NCBI GenBank assembly: GCA_963842085.1 | Contig: CAWJET010000002.1 | Coordinates: forward strand, 1,408,001-1,472,000 | DNA: 64,000 nucleotides | Origin: an uncultured delta proteobacterium | GTDB taxonomy: Bacteria > Desulfobacterota > Binatia > Binatales > Binataceae | Direction: 5' to 3' | Shown: positions 47,862 to 58,279 of the stretch, piece after piece | How the letters are laid out: each line of letters begins with the position of its first letter | Numbering within the stretch: the stretch's first letter is position 1 | Translations under genes and position numbers: made by a program | The notes under the pieces: generated by a model | The model's input: the letters and a program-made list of their open reading frames with translations, nothing else | Databases searched by the model: none | Told to the model about the DNA's origin: nothing

Positions 47862-48099
47862 AGGAGCGCGCGACGCCGATCGCCGAGAAGGTTGATGGCG
47901 CCTGGCAGATAGGTTCGCCAGATCGAACTGTGCCAGCAGCACTGCGACATCGTCGTCGAGCGCCAGCGAAAGCGAGGCTTGGAGATTGTGGACAAATCCG
48001 TGGTGGTTGTTTGCTGACCGCGCGCAAGATGTGCCATCCAGAGGTCGCTACCAACGCGAGTGCAGATCACTTCGAGAAAAATGCAATGAGGACCCCACG

Positions 48100-48243
48100 A
48101 TGCTTTACTGGATCATAGTCGGCATTATCGCGCGCTGGCTGGCCGGCAAGCTCGTGCATTGCGAAGGTTTCGGATTAATCGGCGATCTCATACTCGGCCT
48201 GATAGGAGGCCTCGTCGGCGGCTCGCTATTCGGCGCGCTCGGC
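48100..48243 (+). pseudogene. GlsB/YeaQ/YmgE (transglycosylase-associated) protein, truncated
   Basis: WIIVGIIA.WLAGKL..G.GLIGDLILGLIGGLVGG. Confidence 0.75.
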
Positions 48244-48456
48244 AAGCTGCTTGCGCAGGGAACAGATTCTCGGCTGCGACCGAGCTTCTGGAACGCAACC
48301 CGAGACACACAAAGTGGACCAGATCAGCCAGGATCCGTAACCAACTCAGCCCTGTGCGCATGATGAAGGAAACCCTCTGCCGTCGACGCTGTCTCCTCAA
48401 GATTCCGAAGAACTATACGGGGTTCAAGGCCGAAACGAATGTTTTTGCGGAGCACA
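48242..48456 (-). pseudogene. Left end of an integrase-core (IS481/IS3-like) element
   Basis: TGT terminus (TGTGCTCCGCAAAAA); RSRSSVAAENLF then LRKQLA across a frameshift. Confidence 0.6.
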
Positions 48457-48613
48457 GGTTGAAGAAGCGCGCGCACATCGGCTCTTCCCACCGAAGATCG
48501 AGGTGCGACACCGCGCCGGGAACGTACACGATGTCGCGCGGACCATCGCCAATCACCTGATAGGCGATGTTTATCTCGCCGCTTCTCGCGTATCTGGTTC
48601 GATGCTCTGTCAC
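48457..48613 (-). pseudogene. Alpha/beta hydrolase-adenylate cyclase N-terminal fragment
   Basis: TRYARSGEINIAYQVIGDGPRDIVYVPG.VSHLD..WE. Confidence 0.75.
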
Positions 48614-48633
48614 GGTGAGCTTGATGCCCCTGG

Positions 48634-48964
48634 TTATGCGCTGAGCTCATCGAGCAGCGCCCTGGCGTCCTTGAGGTCCGCAGTATCGAACCCTTCGGTG
48701 AACCAGTTATAGATTTCGGCGAGCATCGCGCGCGCTTCGTCGCCACGATTGGTGTCGCGCACAAGACGCGCGAGGCTGGTCGCTGCGCGCAGCTCCCACG
48801 ACTTCGCTTTCTGTCGAAGCGAAACTGCTATGGCACGTCGGCAGGACTGCTCCGCATGAGTATACTTCGAGGGACCGCAAGCACGCTCGAGCTCTCCTTT
48901 CACCCGATAAGCCTCTGCTTCCATCATCCGATGCTCGACCAACGGAAACGCTTGCTCTATTGTT
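48634..48964 (-). pseudogene. C-terminal TPR fragment of an adenylate cyclase/AAA ATPase, cut at CTAG 48965
   Basis: AKSWELRAATSLARL...IYNWFTEGFDTADLKDARALLDEL. Confidence 0.8.
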
Positions 48965-49059
48965 CTAGAGGCTGGATTTCAAGCGGCCACGATCGGCCTG
49001 CCTCGGCATTTCAATCTGAAGCAGTTGTAACATGAATTTTAATTGACCGAGGCGCAGGA

Positions 49060-49200
49060 CGAAAACCTTCTCGCAATCAGTAATCGCCCGCCACGCGAGG
49101 CGAACTCGTGGGCGATCGAAGCGCCGATTCCGGTGCCGCCGCCGGCGCCGGCTTCTCCGCATGTGCAGCCGATCGGCGACATAGCTGCATTGCCGATCCT
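49060..49200 (-). pseudogene. Possible SDR oxidoreductase N-terminal fragment
   Basis: GGGTGIGASIAHEFASRGGRLLIA Rossmann-like motif. Confidence 0.4.
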
Positions 49201-49320
49201 CGGGGCGATGTCCCACCGGATGTTGAAATTCGAATTTGAGTAAGTAGCGGCGGCTACGGGCCGACCTGAGAATGGGTCTGGCAAGAACACCGTCCCCGAG
49301 GTGGGAAGAAGGAGCCGCCG

Positions 49321-50304
49321 ATGAAGAACACAGCAAACGCCAGAGTGCCGGCGCAAGTTGGCGCCGGTCTGTTGTTGACAACGCAGCAGCTGCTGCTGCC
49401 GATGATCGAGGGCATCGTCCACAGCCGGCGCGAGCTGTTCGCCTGGGTGCAGCAGGTGGGGGTCAATGCGCTAAAAGAGTTGTTCGAGCTGGACGTGGTG
49501 GAACTGGCCGGACCCCGGGGCAAGCATCGCGCCGAGCGATCTCATTATCGCTGGGGTGCAGCGCCGATCGTGCTGCCGTTCGGTGGCCGGCGGATAGTTG
49601 TACCTTGTCCACGAATACGCGGCGTGGGTGGAGGCGAGGCGCAGCTGAAAAGTGCCTCCCACTTCCGCGCCATAGATCCGGTTCCCGCGCGGGTGCTCAA
49701 CCAGATCCTGCTCGGAGTCTCGACGCGCGGTTACGACCAGAGCCTGGAGCCGGCGCCCGCCGAGATAATCGTCCGCGGAGCCAGCAAGAGTTCAGCGAGC
49801 CGCCACCTGATCGCGCGCATGAGCGACAAGCTGCGCGAGCAACTGAGCCGCCGGCTCGAACAACTCGACCTGCTGGTGCTGATGGTCGACGGCATCGAGA
49901 TCGCGCATCGCACCGTGGTGGTGGCGCTGGGGATTTTGGCCGACGGACGCAAAGCAGTGCTGGGCCTGGGGCTGGACTCGACCGAGAATGCCGCGCTTTG
50001 CACCTCGCTGCTCAACGATCTGCTCGAGCGCGGGCTCAAGGTCGACGGCCGCGTCCTGTGCGTGATCGACGGCGGGCGCGGGATCAGAAAGGCGCTCGCC
50101 GACGTGTTCGGCGATCTGTCGGTGGTGCAACGCTGTAGAGTGCACAAGCAACGCAACATCCTCGACCACCTCCCGCCCAACCGCAAAGCCTACGTCTCAC
50201 GCATGCTCGCCGAGGCCTGGAACAGCGATTCCGCCGCGTTGGCGCGCCGGTGGCTGAAGACCCTGCTGCGCTGGCTGGAGACCAAGCTTTCTATGATATC
50301 TTAA
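49321..50304 (+). pseudogene. IS256-family transposase, 3'-truncated
   Basis: GVSTR, LMVDGIE, VIDGGRG, QRCRVHK.RN; coding-like sequence stops near 50283, before the final catalytic Glu region. Confidence 0.85.
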
Positions 50305-50574
50305 TTTCAACGTAACTATCAATTATTGAGAATTACTCCTCATTAGGGGGATAAAAAGGTTATTTACACTCAAGGCTGTTGGTAAGATGAAGTCGATTCG
50401 TCTCTGCCTAAAGTTAAGCTTAACAAGAAAATCAAAAGGAAAGATCGAATCGCTTAGGAAAGCGTAAAGCTGCTGCAACGAACCCTTACTCAAGGTAAGA
50501 CAAGGTGCTGGACGAGGCATCCTCAGAAGAATTGTCTTGTCGCACAGGCATTTTTCCCGCGTTGGGGATGGCAT

Positions 50575-50820
50575 TCAGTCCAAGATTTCGAAGAACAGCC
50601 CAAGTTCATCCCAAGCTTTGGCCAGCGAGGCTATCAGTGCCTCGACTTCTCCCCGTGTTTCTTGCGAAAAGCAAATTCGCAGATGGTGGCGCACCGGATC
50701 TTCGGTCCGCAGCGTCGCGAGATTGTCGTAGGACTCGACGATCGACTTGAACAGCACAATCTGCCCGGGCGGTATTGCGATCAGCATCGAATCGAGCACC
50801 GGCATTTTATTTTCGCTCAA
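50575..50820 (-). CDS. DUF4911-like small protein
   Basis: IVLFKSIVESYDNLATLRTED. Confidence 0.7.
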   Translation of the reverse strand: MSENKMPVLDSMLIAIPPGQIVLFKSIVESYDNLATLRTEDPVRHHLRICFSQETRGEVEALIASLAKAWDELGLFFEILD

Positions 50821-50880
50821 AGCTGAGTCCCTTCGCGCTCACGGTTTACTGCTTCGTCCCCGACCCCTACATTCTAGCCG

Positions 50881-51765
50881 ATGACGCTGCCGCGGGTCTT
50901 GTTCGTAACCGGCAAAGGGGGGACCGGCAAGAGTACGGTCGCTGCCGCGATTGGGCTTGCGCTGTCGCGCCGGCGTCCGACGACGCTCGCCGATCTCGAC
51001 CGGCGCCTGTCCGCGGCCGCGGCGCTCGGCGCGGTACCGGAAGATTCAGCCGCCGTCAAAATCACCGATTCGCTGGACGTGGTTGCGCTGACGGCGCGCG
51101 CAGAGCTCGAGGCGTTCATCGAGCGCATCGTGCCGATTCGCGCCATCTCGCGCCGGATGCTGCGGAGCCGAACCTTCGGCTACGTCACGGCGGCGCTGCC
51201 GGGACTCGAGGCCTTTCTACTGCTGGAACGTCTGCGAATCATAGCGGGAGACGCGGCGCTCGAGGATCGCTACCTCGTGATCGACGCACCGGCGTCGGGC
51301 AGCGCGGTCGAGCTGCTTTCGGTCTCGTCGGGGGTGAAGGGAATCGCGCCGGGCGGGACGCTGAACCGGCTGGCGGGCTCGATCGACAGCTTTCTTGGCG
51401 ACCCGAGGCGATTCGGCGCGGTAATCACGATGACCCCGGAGGATCTGGCAGTGCGCGAGGCGCTTGAGACCGCCGCAACGATTCGCGCGCGCCTCGGCGT
51501 GGTCACGGTCGCGGCGATAATGAACTGCGTGCCCGACCTGCTGTTCGACACCGCCGAACTCGCGGCGCTTAGCCCGCTCGGCGGCCATGCCCGCCTTGCT
51601 GTTCGCCGAAACGCGGCGCACGAACAGGCGGCTCTCGTCGCGCTGCGGTTCGCCGACGCCGGTATCGCGACCGTCAGCCTGCCGATGATGTTCACGCCGG
51701 CTGTCGGGCGCCGCGAGCTCGACAAACTCGGCCGCAAGCTGGATGCGGAACTGCTCGACCGATGA
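50881..51765 (+). CDS. ArsA/Get3-related P-loop ATPase, subunit 1
   Basis: TGKGGTGKST, PGLE, IDAPASG. Confidence 0.88.
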   Translation: MTLPRVLFVTGKGGTGKSTVAAAIGLALSRRRPTTLADLDRRLSAAAALGAVPEDSAAVKITDSLDVVALTARAELEAFIERIVPIRAISRRMLRSRTFGYVTAALPGLEAFLLLERLRIIAGDAALEDRYLVIDAPASGSAVELLSVSSGVKGIAPGGTLNRLAGSIDSFLGDPRRFGAVITMTPEDLAVREALETAATIRARLGVVTVAAIMNCVPDLLFDTAELAALSPLGGHARLAVRRNAAHEQAALVALRFADAGIATVSLPMMFTPAVGRRELDKLGRKLDAELLDR

Positions 51766-52904
51766 AGCCCAGGGCGCATCCAAAGCAGTCCGCCCATCCC
51801 CAGCCGCTGGACTTGCACGCGCAGAGCCTGGTCATTTGCCTGGGGCCCGGCGGCGTCGGCAAGACAACAATCAGCGCCGCGCTGGGCGTGCGCGCCGCCG
51901 TTCTCGGATGCGCCGTCGATGTAATGACGGTAGATCCCGCGCCGCGCCTGCTCGACGCGCTCGGCCTCGGGGCGGACTCGTCCGAGCCGGTCGAGGTTTC
52001 GCTCGACGGCATTCGTCATGCGCGCCGCGGCGGCGGACCGAATCGCGCCAGGCTGCGCGCGTTGCGGCTCGATCCGAAGCGCACCTTCGATTCGATCGTC
52101 GCGCGCTACGCACCGTCGAACGCGGCGCGCGACACCATTCTCGAGAATCGAATCTATCGCAATCTCTCGGGCGCGCTGGCGGGCGTGGCGGATTACATGG
52201 CGATGGAAAAGCTGCTCGAGCTGGCGGCCAATCCGTCAACCGACCTGCTGGTGCTCGACACTCCGCCCGCGGCCGAGGCGATCGACTTTCTCGACGCGCC
52301 GCGCCGCCTGCTCGAACTGCTGAACTCGCGCGCGGTGACCCTGCTCGGCGCGCCCGCGGGATTATTCAGGAGCCAGTTGCGGATGGTGGACGTGGCGGCG
52401 CGCGCGGTGCTCGCCGCGTTCGACCGCGTGACGGGACTGAACCTGCTGAGCGACGTGCAATCTTTCGTCCGCAGTTTCGACGGCATGTACGAGGGCTTCT
52501 CGGCGCGTGCCGCGCGCGCCCAGGACAAGCTGCGCGCGCCTGACACGGCAATCGTGCTCGTGACGACGGCGGAGTCGAGCCGAATCGCGCAGGCGCGCCA
52601 ATTTATCGGCGCACTCAAACGCGCCGGCCTGCGGGTCGCCGCGATGGTGGTGAATCGTGTGCTCGCGGAACTGCCCGACGCCGCGGAGCTGGCGTCAGCG
52701 CACATCGCGCCATCGCTCAAAAGAAAATTGAAGCGCAATCTCGCCGATTACGCCGCGCTCAAGACGCGCGAGGAACTGTCGCTCAACGCACTGCGCGATT
52801 CGCTTCCGGCCGGCGCGGTGCTGATGGTTGCGCCCGACCTCGGCCGCGAGCCGCGCACTATCGCGGACCTGGCTGAAATAGGGCGCAGCTTGCGCGCCAG
52901 TTAA
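51762..52904 (+). CDS. ArsA/Get3-related P-loop ATPase, subunit 2
   Basis: GPGGVGKTT, TVDPA.RL.DALG, YMAMEKL, LDTPP. Confidence 0.9.
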   Translation: MKPRAHPKQSAHPQPLDLHAQSLVICLGPGGVGKTTISAALGVRAAVLGCAVDVMTVDPAPRLLDALGLGADSSEPVEVSLDGIRHARRGGGPNRARLRALRLDPKRTFDSIVARYAPSNAARDTILENRIYRNLSGALAGVADYMAMEKLLELAANPSTDLLVLDTPPAAEAIDFLDAPRRLLELLNSRAVTLLGAPAGLFRSQLRMVDVAARAVLAAFDRVTGLNLLSDVQSFVRSFDGMYEGFSARAARAQDKLRAPDTAIVLVTTAESSRIAQARQFIGALKRAGLRVAAMVVNRVLAELPDAAELASAHIAPSLKRKLKRNLADYAALKTREELSLNALRDSLPAGAVLMVAPDLGREPRTIADLAEIGRSLRAS

Positions 52905-52912
52905 CTGGTTGC

Positions 52913-53278
52913 TCAGCTGGGCTTCTTCGCTCGCCGAATCGCTTTCGTGGATTTCGCTTTCGCGGGTTCGTTTTCGGTCTGATCGAGAACCCGATCGAGC
53001 TTGATGCTGAGGTTCAGCAGTTGCGAGCTCAAATGGTCAAGCCGCGCTTTCAGGTCGCGCACGTCGCGTTTGGATGGAATGTTGACGAAGTCGAGCAGCT
53101 GCTCGACGTTGCGATCGAACGACTGCTTGTTGGCCATGAAGCGTTCACCGGCCTTGCCGAAACTCGAGCGCATCCGCTGGTTCGACATGATCTCGTTGAA
53201 AAAGCCCGCGATGCCTTCCTCGCTCATCTGGCGGAGCTTGTTCATCAGGTTGTCGTTTTCGTTGTCGCGGCGTGCCAT
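52913..53278 (-). CDS. Phasin-like coiled-coil protein
   Basis: NIPSKRDVRDLKARLDHL motif; Lys/Ala-rich tail. Confidence 0.6.
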   Translation of the reverse strand: MARRDNENDNLMNKLRQMSEEGIAGFFNEIMSNQRMRSSFGKAGERFMANKQSFDRNVEQLLDFVNIPSKRDVRDLKARLDHLSSQLLNLSIKLDRVLDQTENEPAKAKSTKAIRRAKKPS

Positions 53279-53318
53279 GACCTTCAACTATATATAGAGG
53301 GTCGCGCGGCGCAAACCG

Positions 53319-53606
53319 ATGAGCACTCTCGCCAGCATTCTAAGTCTCGCGTCGGGATTCGCCCTGATGGGGTACCACGAACCGCCAGCGAACCTGATCG
53401 CGACGTCGATCATCGTCGATCTCGCGCTGACTCCGCTGACTGCGATCGTCGCGTCGCGGCGCGGACGCTCGCCTCTTCGATGGACTGTCGCGGGACTCGC
53501 ACTCGGCGCGTGGGCGCTCGCCGCGGTCATGATTATGCCGCCGAGGCGCCCCGCTCCGCCGCGCCCCGAAGCTCCGCAGTATCCGCCTACTTCTGACGCT
53601 GCTTGA
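53319..53606 (+). CDS. Small membrane protein
   Basis: Hydrophobic segments with A.RRGRS..W...G. Confidence 0.6.
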   Translation: MSTLASILSLASGFALMGYHEPPANLIATSIIVDLALTPLTAIVASRRGRSPLRWTVAGLALGAWALAAVMIMPPRRPAPPRPEAPQYPPTSDAA

Positions 53607-54729
53607 TCCACGCCGCAGTCGGCGCGAACACCTCGCCCGCCGACTTCGTTCCCACCAAAACGTCCAGGTGGCCCCAATTGTCGAGCTTGGTAAATGACGG
53701 GTCGGGCGCGCCGGTCGATTTCGCCGACTCTTCCACCTGGCCGGGCCATTGCGCACCGAAGTTGGTGCTGGCGAAGGCGATCACCGGAATTTTCGAGGCC
53801 TTGAGCGCCGCGAGCAGTTGCGGCGTGAACGGATTCTCGCCGTCCTGAACGGCAGGCCAGTAACGATCGTAGGCGATGAGCAGTTTCGCCAGCACGACGG
53901 CGTCGGAATAGCCGCCCTGGGGATTCGCGAGTCCACCGTGGCCGCCGAAAAATCCGCCGGCGTCGTACACCACGTGCTCGAGGTTTTCGCGCGCGGTTTT
54001 GTACTTGGGAATCGGCGCAGGCTGATCGGGATTTTCGATCACCATCTGCATCAGCTTGTAACGTTTGTCGTAGGTTAGATGCTCGCCGCCGATGTCATCG
54101 GCATAGTGGCCGGGCGTAACGGGCGTCGCGCGCATCGGGTGGGTCGGGATGAATCCGTCGAGCGCGATGATTCCCGCAACGTGCCCGGGATGCACGGCCG
54201 CGTAGAGGTACGCGAACTCGACGCCGCGGCTGAAGCCGGCGACGAATAGTTTGTCGCGGCCGGATTTTTCGCTGACGAATTTCGCGGTCGTATCGATATC
54301 CGATTCGAAAAGATCGTTGGTCCATCCCGCCAACTCGGCGAGATCGCTCTGTGGAGTCTCAGGCGGAATAAAATGCGTGCGATAGTCCATCGACCACACG
54401 TCCACGCCGTGCTCGGCGAGGTAAGCCTGGAACGAGTAGCGCGGATCCTCGAGCGCCACTTCACCGTTCATGTTGGTGCCGGGCAGATAGAGCACGACCG
54501 CCGCCGGATGCGCCGGCGGATTGGGCCCGTTGGCGACGCGATGCAGCGCGATTTTGTCGAACGGCGATTTGCCGACGGTCGCCTGGAACGTCCATTCGTA
54601 AATTCCCGGCGCGCCTTTGAGCTCGCGGGCGGCGCCGACGGCCTGAAAATCAGCGGCCGATGCCACCGTCGCGACGAGCAGAAGCAGGACAGCGAAAAGG
54701 CTAAGCGCAGCGCGTCGTCGAATCCTCAT
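53587..54729 (-). CDS. Secreted alpha/beta hydrolase
   Basis: Signal peptide ASA; YLPG, GFSRG, LDG, GHLD. Confidence 0.85.
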   Translation of the reverse strand: MRIRRRAALSLFAVLLLLVATVASAADFQAVGAARELKGAPGIYEWTFQATVGKSPFDKIALHRVANGPNPPAHPAAVVLYLPGTNMNGEVALEDPRYSFQAYLAEHGVDVWSMDYRTHFIPPETPQSDLAELAGWTNDLFESDIDTTAKFVSEKSGRDKLFVAGFSRGVEFAYLYAAVHPGHVAGIIALDGFIPTHPMRATPVTPGHYADDIGGEHLTYDKRYKLMQMVIENPDQPAPIPKYKTARENLEHVVYDAGGFFGGHGGLANPQGGYSDAVVLAKLLIAYDRYWPAVQDGENPFTPQLLAALKASKIPVIAFASTNFGAQWPGQVEESAKSTGAPDPSFTKLDNWGHLDVLVGTKSAGEVFAPTAAWIKQRQK

Positions 54730-54871
54730 GAGCCTAATCCTCTCCACGATTTCGCGTCGTCGCACAAGCCCGCGCCCCACGCGGCCTCATCGCGGTTGAC
54801 CCTTTGCGGTCTGTCGTGCGAAACAGAGTCGTCAGGTTCTCACGCCAATCACGCACGGGAGTGGAATTTCA

Positions 54872-55792
54872 ATGAGCAAGAAAGTGCAATTCGCCCTGTT
54901 CTCGCCGCAAGCCGGACAATCGTGGCATCAGCTCGAAGAGCGGGCGCATCGATGCGAGAAGCTCGGCTACCATTCGATGTGGCTGGTCGATCATATGTGG
55001 ACGCGCGGGATGCCCGACCTCGACCATCATGAATGTCTCGCACTGATGGCGGGACTGTCGGCGAAGACCGACAAACTTCGCATCGGCACCATGGTCATCT
55101 GCAACTCGTACCGCAATCCGGCGCTGCTGGCGAAGTCGCTGGCGACGATCGATCACATCAGCAACGGCCGTCTCGAAATCGGCTACGGCGCGGGCTGGAT
55201 GGACGAAGAGTACAAAGCTTACGGCTACCAGTTCCCGTCGATGGGCACGCGGCTGAAGATGTTCGAGGAAGGCCTGCACATCATGAAGGCGATGTTCACC
55301 GAGAAGCGCGTGACGTTTAAGGGGCGGCACTACTCGGTCGAAGAAGCGATCTGCAATCCGAAGCCTGTGCAGCAGCCGCATCCACCGATCACGATCGGCG
55401 GCAGCGGCGAAAAGATCATGCTCAAGCTGGTCGCGCGGTTCGCCGACCGCTGGAATTGTCCGGCCGGCTACGAAAGCTTCGAGCACAAGTTCAACGTGCT
55501 CAAGCAGCACTGCAAGGACGTCGGGCGCGACGTGAATACGATCGACGTGTCGGAGCAGTTGCTGGTGTGCATCGGGCAGAGCGAGGCTGAAGTCGAGGCG
55601 AAGTGGAAGGCGGCGCAAATGCTCAAGCCGTTCGTGACCACCGGAATCAAGGGCACGCCGAAGCAACTGATCGAGGAACTCAAAAAGCGCGTGGCGATGG
55701 GAATCACGACGTTCGTGATTTTCTTCAGCGACTTCGCGCCGCCGCCGACGCTCGAGTTGTTCGCGAAGGAAGTGATGCCGGCATTTGCGTAG
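54872..55792 (+). CDS. LLM-class (possibly F420-dependent) oxidoreductase
   Basis: WLVDH, YRNPALLAK, DHISNGRL.IGYGAGW, PKPVQQPHPPI.IGG. Confidence 0.92.
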   Translation: MSKKVQFALFSPQAGQSWHQLEERAHRCEKLGYHSMWLVDHMWTRGMPDLDHHECLALMAGLSAKTDKLRIGTMVICNSYRNPALLAKSLATIDHISNGRLEIGYGAGWMDEEYKAYGYQFPSMGTRLKMFEEGLHIMKAMFTEKRVTFKGRHYSVEEAICNPKPVQQPHPPITIGGSGEKIMLKLVARFADRWNCPAGYESFEHKFNVLKQHCKDVGRDVNTIDVSEQLLVCIGQSEAEVEAKWKAAQMLKPFVTTGIKGTPKQLIEELKKRVAMGITTFVIFFSDFAPPPTLELFAKEVMPAFA

Positions 55793-56495
55793 GACGATCG
55801 GAATCCGCCTGCCGTTCGTGGCCGCGCTGCTGCTAGCGGGATGCGCGAGTCAGCCGTCGTACTATACGACGCAACTCGACACGACCGGCGGGCTGGGACC
55901 GGGCGACCCGATAACGCACGCGTCGGCGACGATTGGGCAGGTGACGGAAGTCTCGCCGATTGGCGACGGCGATTCGGAGATCGCGTTTGAAGTCGACGGC
56001 TCGCACACCGACGAAATTCACTACGATTCGATAATGACGCTGAACAACCTTGGCGCTACGCCCTCGCTCGACGTGTTGAACGTGGATGCGATGAGCCATA
56101 GCGCACCGTCGGGCACGCGGCTGGACGGCGCGTCCAGCATGAACGAGGTGCAGATGTTCATGACGGCGCGAGGGCCCGGGAGCTTCGCACAGGCGCTGGG
56201 AAACGTCGCAGGTTCGTCGACCACGCCCCCGCCCTCGCCCTCGACCGTGCAGATGACGCAGATGCTCGCGCAAATTTCGCGGCAGACGCTGGCGAGCGCG
56301 GTGGCAATCGCGCCGCCAACTCGCGAGCAGCTCGAGCAGGCCAAGCACGAGGCGCTTGGCGTCGAACGGCAACTGATGCGCAACGGCAAGATCGAGCAGG
56401 CGGAACGGCTGCGCGCGTCGATGGGCAGCATGATGGGTGGGATGACGGCGCCGGTGAATCCGACGGCGCTTCCGCCAACCTCGCCGAATCCGTAG
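55785..56495 (+). CDS. MlaD/MCE-domain lipoprotein
   Basis: Lipobox LLAGC; GL.PGDPI...IGQV..V MCE motif. Confidence 0.7.
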   Translation: MRRTIGIRLPFVAALLLAGCASQPSYYTTQLDTTGGLGPGDPITHASATIGQVTEVSPIGDGDSEIAFEVDGSHTDEIHYDSIMTLNNLGATPSLDVLNVDAMSHSAPSGTRLDGASSMNEVQMFMTARGPGSFAQALGNVAGSSTTPPPSPSTVQMTQMLAQISRQTLASAVAIAPPTREQLEQAKHEALGVERQLMRNGKIEQAERLRASMGSMMGGMTAPVNPTALPPTSPNP

Positions 56496-56517
56496 CGCGA
56501 AATGGATCGCGACTAAA

Positions 56518-57522
56518 TTGGATCAGCAGCGACTGTCCGAATATCTGAAACGCAAGATGCCGCATGTGCGCGAGCATCGCGTGGTCGGCCTCAAACGAAT
56601 ATCCGGCGGTTCGTCGCGCGAGACCTACGCCTTCGACCTGGAGTGGAGCGAAGGCGGAGAGACGCGCACGCGCCCGCTGATCGGACGGCGCGACCCGACC
56701 GGCGGCTTGCTCAAAACCGAGCGCGAGCGCGAGTTCAAGGTAATTGCCGCGATGTATCGCGCGGGCCTGAAGGTTCCCGAGCCACTGTTCCTGGAACTCG
56801 ACGCGAGCGTGATGGATCGCCCGTTTTTCATCATGCATCGCGCGTCAGGCCGGACCAGCATGGGCGCGTTTCCGGCCGCGGAAGCCGAATCGACGCGTGC
56901 GAAGGTGGCAGACGACTTTGTGAACGAGCTGGCGCGATTGCAAACGCTCGACTACCGCGAGTGCGGGCTCGAGATTCTTGGGCCGCCAAAAAATCTCGAG
57001 GAGCCCGCCCGCATCCAGGCAGCGCATTGGACCGAAGTGTATGAACGCGATCGTATGGGCGAGCACTATCCGATTCTCGACGCCGCCTTCGCGTGGCTCA
57101 AAGCCAATCCCGTCGTGAGCGACCGCATCGTGATCGTGCACGGCGACTATCGTTCGGGAAATTATCTGTACGACGAGAACGGAATCATCGCGATGCTCGA
57201 TTGGGAGATGGCGCATCTGGGCGACCCGATGGAGGACCTTGGTTGGGCGTCGATGATGTTCTGGGGGCGCGACGAGCTGGCAGGCGGCCTGATGGAGCGC
57301 GAAGCGTTTTACCGGCTCTACGAACAGAAGACCGGCCATCGCGTCGACCGGCGGCGGCTGTTTTTCTACCAGGTGCTCGGCAATGCGAAGATGGCCGTGA
57401 TTTGTCTGACCGGAATCCGCGACTTCGTCGAGCGGCGCACGTCCGACGCGGTGATGCCGTTTCTTGAACTCCTACTGCCAGCGTTGTTTGAAGATCTGGC
57501 CAACCAACTTCGATTGGTTTGA
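56518..57522 (+). CDS. APH-like phosphotransferase family protein
   Basis: GGSSRETY, VHGDYRSGN, LDWEMAHLGDP.EDLGW. Confidence 0.92.
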   Translation: MDQQRLSEYLKRKMPHVREHRVVGLKRISGGSSRETYAFDLEWSEGGETRTRPLIGRRDPTGGLLKTEREREFKVIAAMYRAGLKVPEPLFLELDASVMDRPFFIMHRASGRTSMGAFPAAEAESTRAKVADDFVNELARLQTLDYRECGLEILGPPKNLEEPARIQAAHWTEVYERDRMGEHYPILDAAFAWLKANPVVSDRIVIVHGDYRSGNYLYDENGIIAMLDWEMAHLGDPMEDLGWASMMFWGRDELAGGLMEREAFYRLYEQKTGHRVDRRRLFFYQVLGNAKMAVICLTGIRDFVERRTSDAVMPFLELLLPALFEDLANQLRLV

Positions 57523-57531
57523 GGGGTTGAG

Positions 57532-57984
57532 ATGCTACGGCCAACATTGAATGAACTGATCGGCGGGATGCAGCGGACGATCATGAAGGCGCTCCTACCC
57601 GAGCTGACGTCGCCGTATGCGCAAGGGCAGGCGATGTCGGCAATCGGAATGCTCGCGCACGCGGCGGCAGTGCTCGAGTCGGCGCCCGCGTACGACGCAG
57701 CCGAGATAAGAGATCTGCGCGCGACGTTCGCGGCGCTCAAGCGCCTGGGCGACAAGCACATCTCGAAAAAAAGCGGGCTTCGCGGCGCACTTGCTCGCGC
57801 GACTCGAGCCAGCGCAAAACGGCCGCCAGAGCGACGCACGATGGAAGCAGCAATGGCGGAGTTCGCGAGCGCCGTCGCGCTTGGCAATGCCGACGAACGC
57901 GTCGCTCGGCAAGTACGCAGCTACATCAGGCGCAACCTCGAGCGTACGCGCAATTTGCTCGGCGGTTCGTTACCGAGTGCGTGA
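57532..57984 (+). CDS. Hypothetical helical protein coupled to the phosphotransferase
   Basis: GAGG RBS, 9 bp after the kinase gene; RPT..EL N-terminus. Confidence 0.65.
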   Translation: MLRPTLNELIGGMQRTIMKALLPELTSPYAQGQAMSAIGMLAHAAAVLESAPAYDAAEIRDLRATFAALKRLGDKHISKKSGLRGALARATRASAKRPPERRTMEAAMAEFASAVALGNADERVARQVRSYIRRNLERTRNLLGGSLPSA

Positions 57985-58279
57985 CTCATTAGCCGCGCTG
58001 CAATTCGGTTCTAAGCAAAGCTTGTTGCTCGTTTATGCCATCATCTGTCACTTCCAAGCCGACTGATTCGTGTCAGGACCCCTTGCGCATGAAAATCCAT
58101 CGGAGTAGATTGCGTAAAGTTAACTGAGGACACGAGACGGTCCAATAGCTAAGTGTATAAAAGACGCACTAACTGTATGTGGCCCGTTTGCTACAGGTAG
58201 TTAGGAGAGCTAATCTGAATAAAGACGCGAGGCTGAGGTTGCTGGAGGTCTTGCAGAACAAAGCGCTGAGGATGAAACG

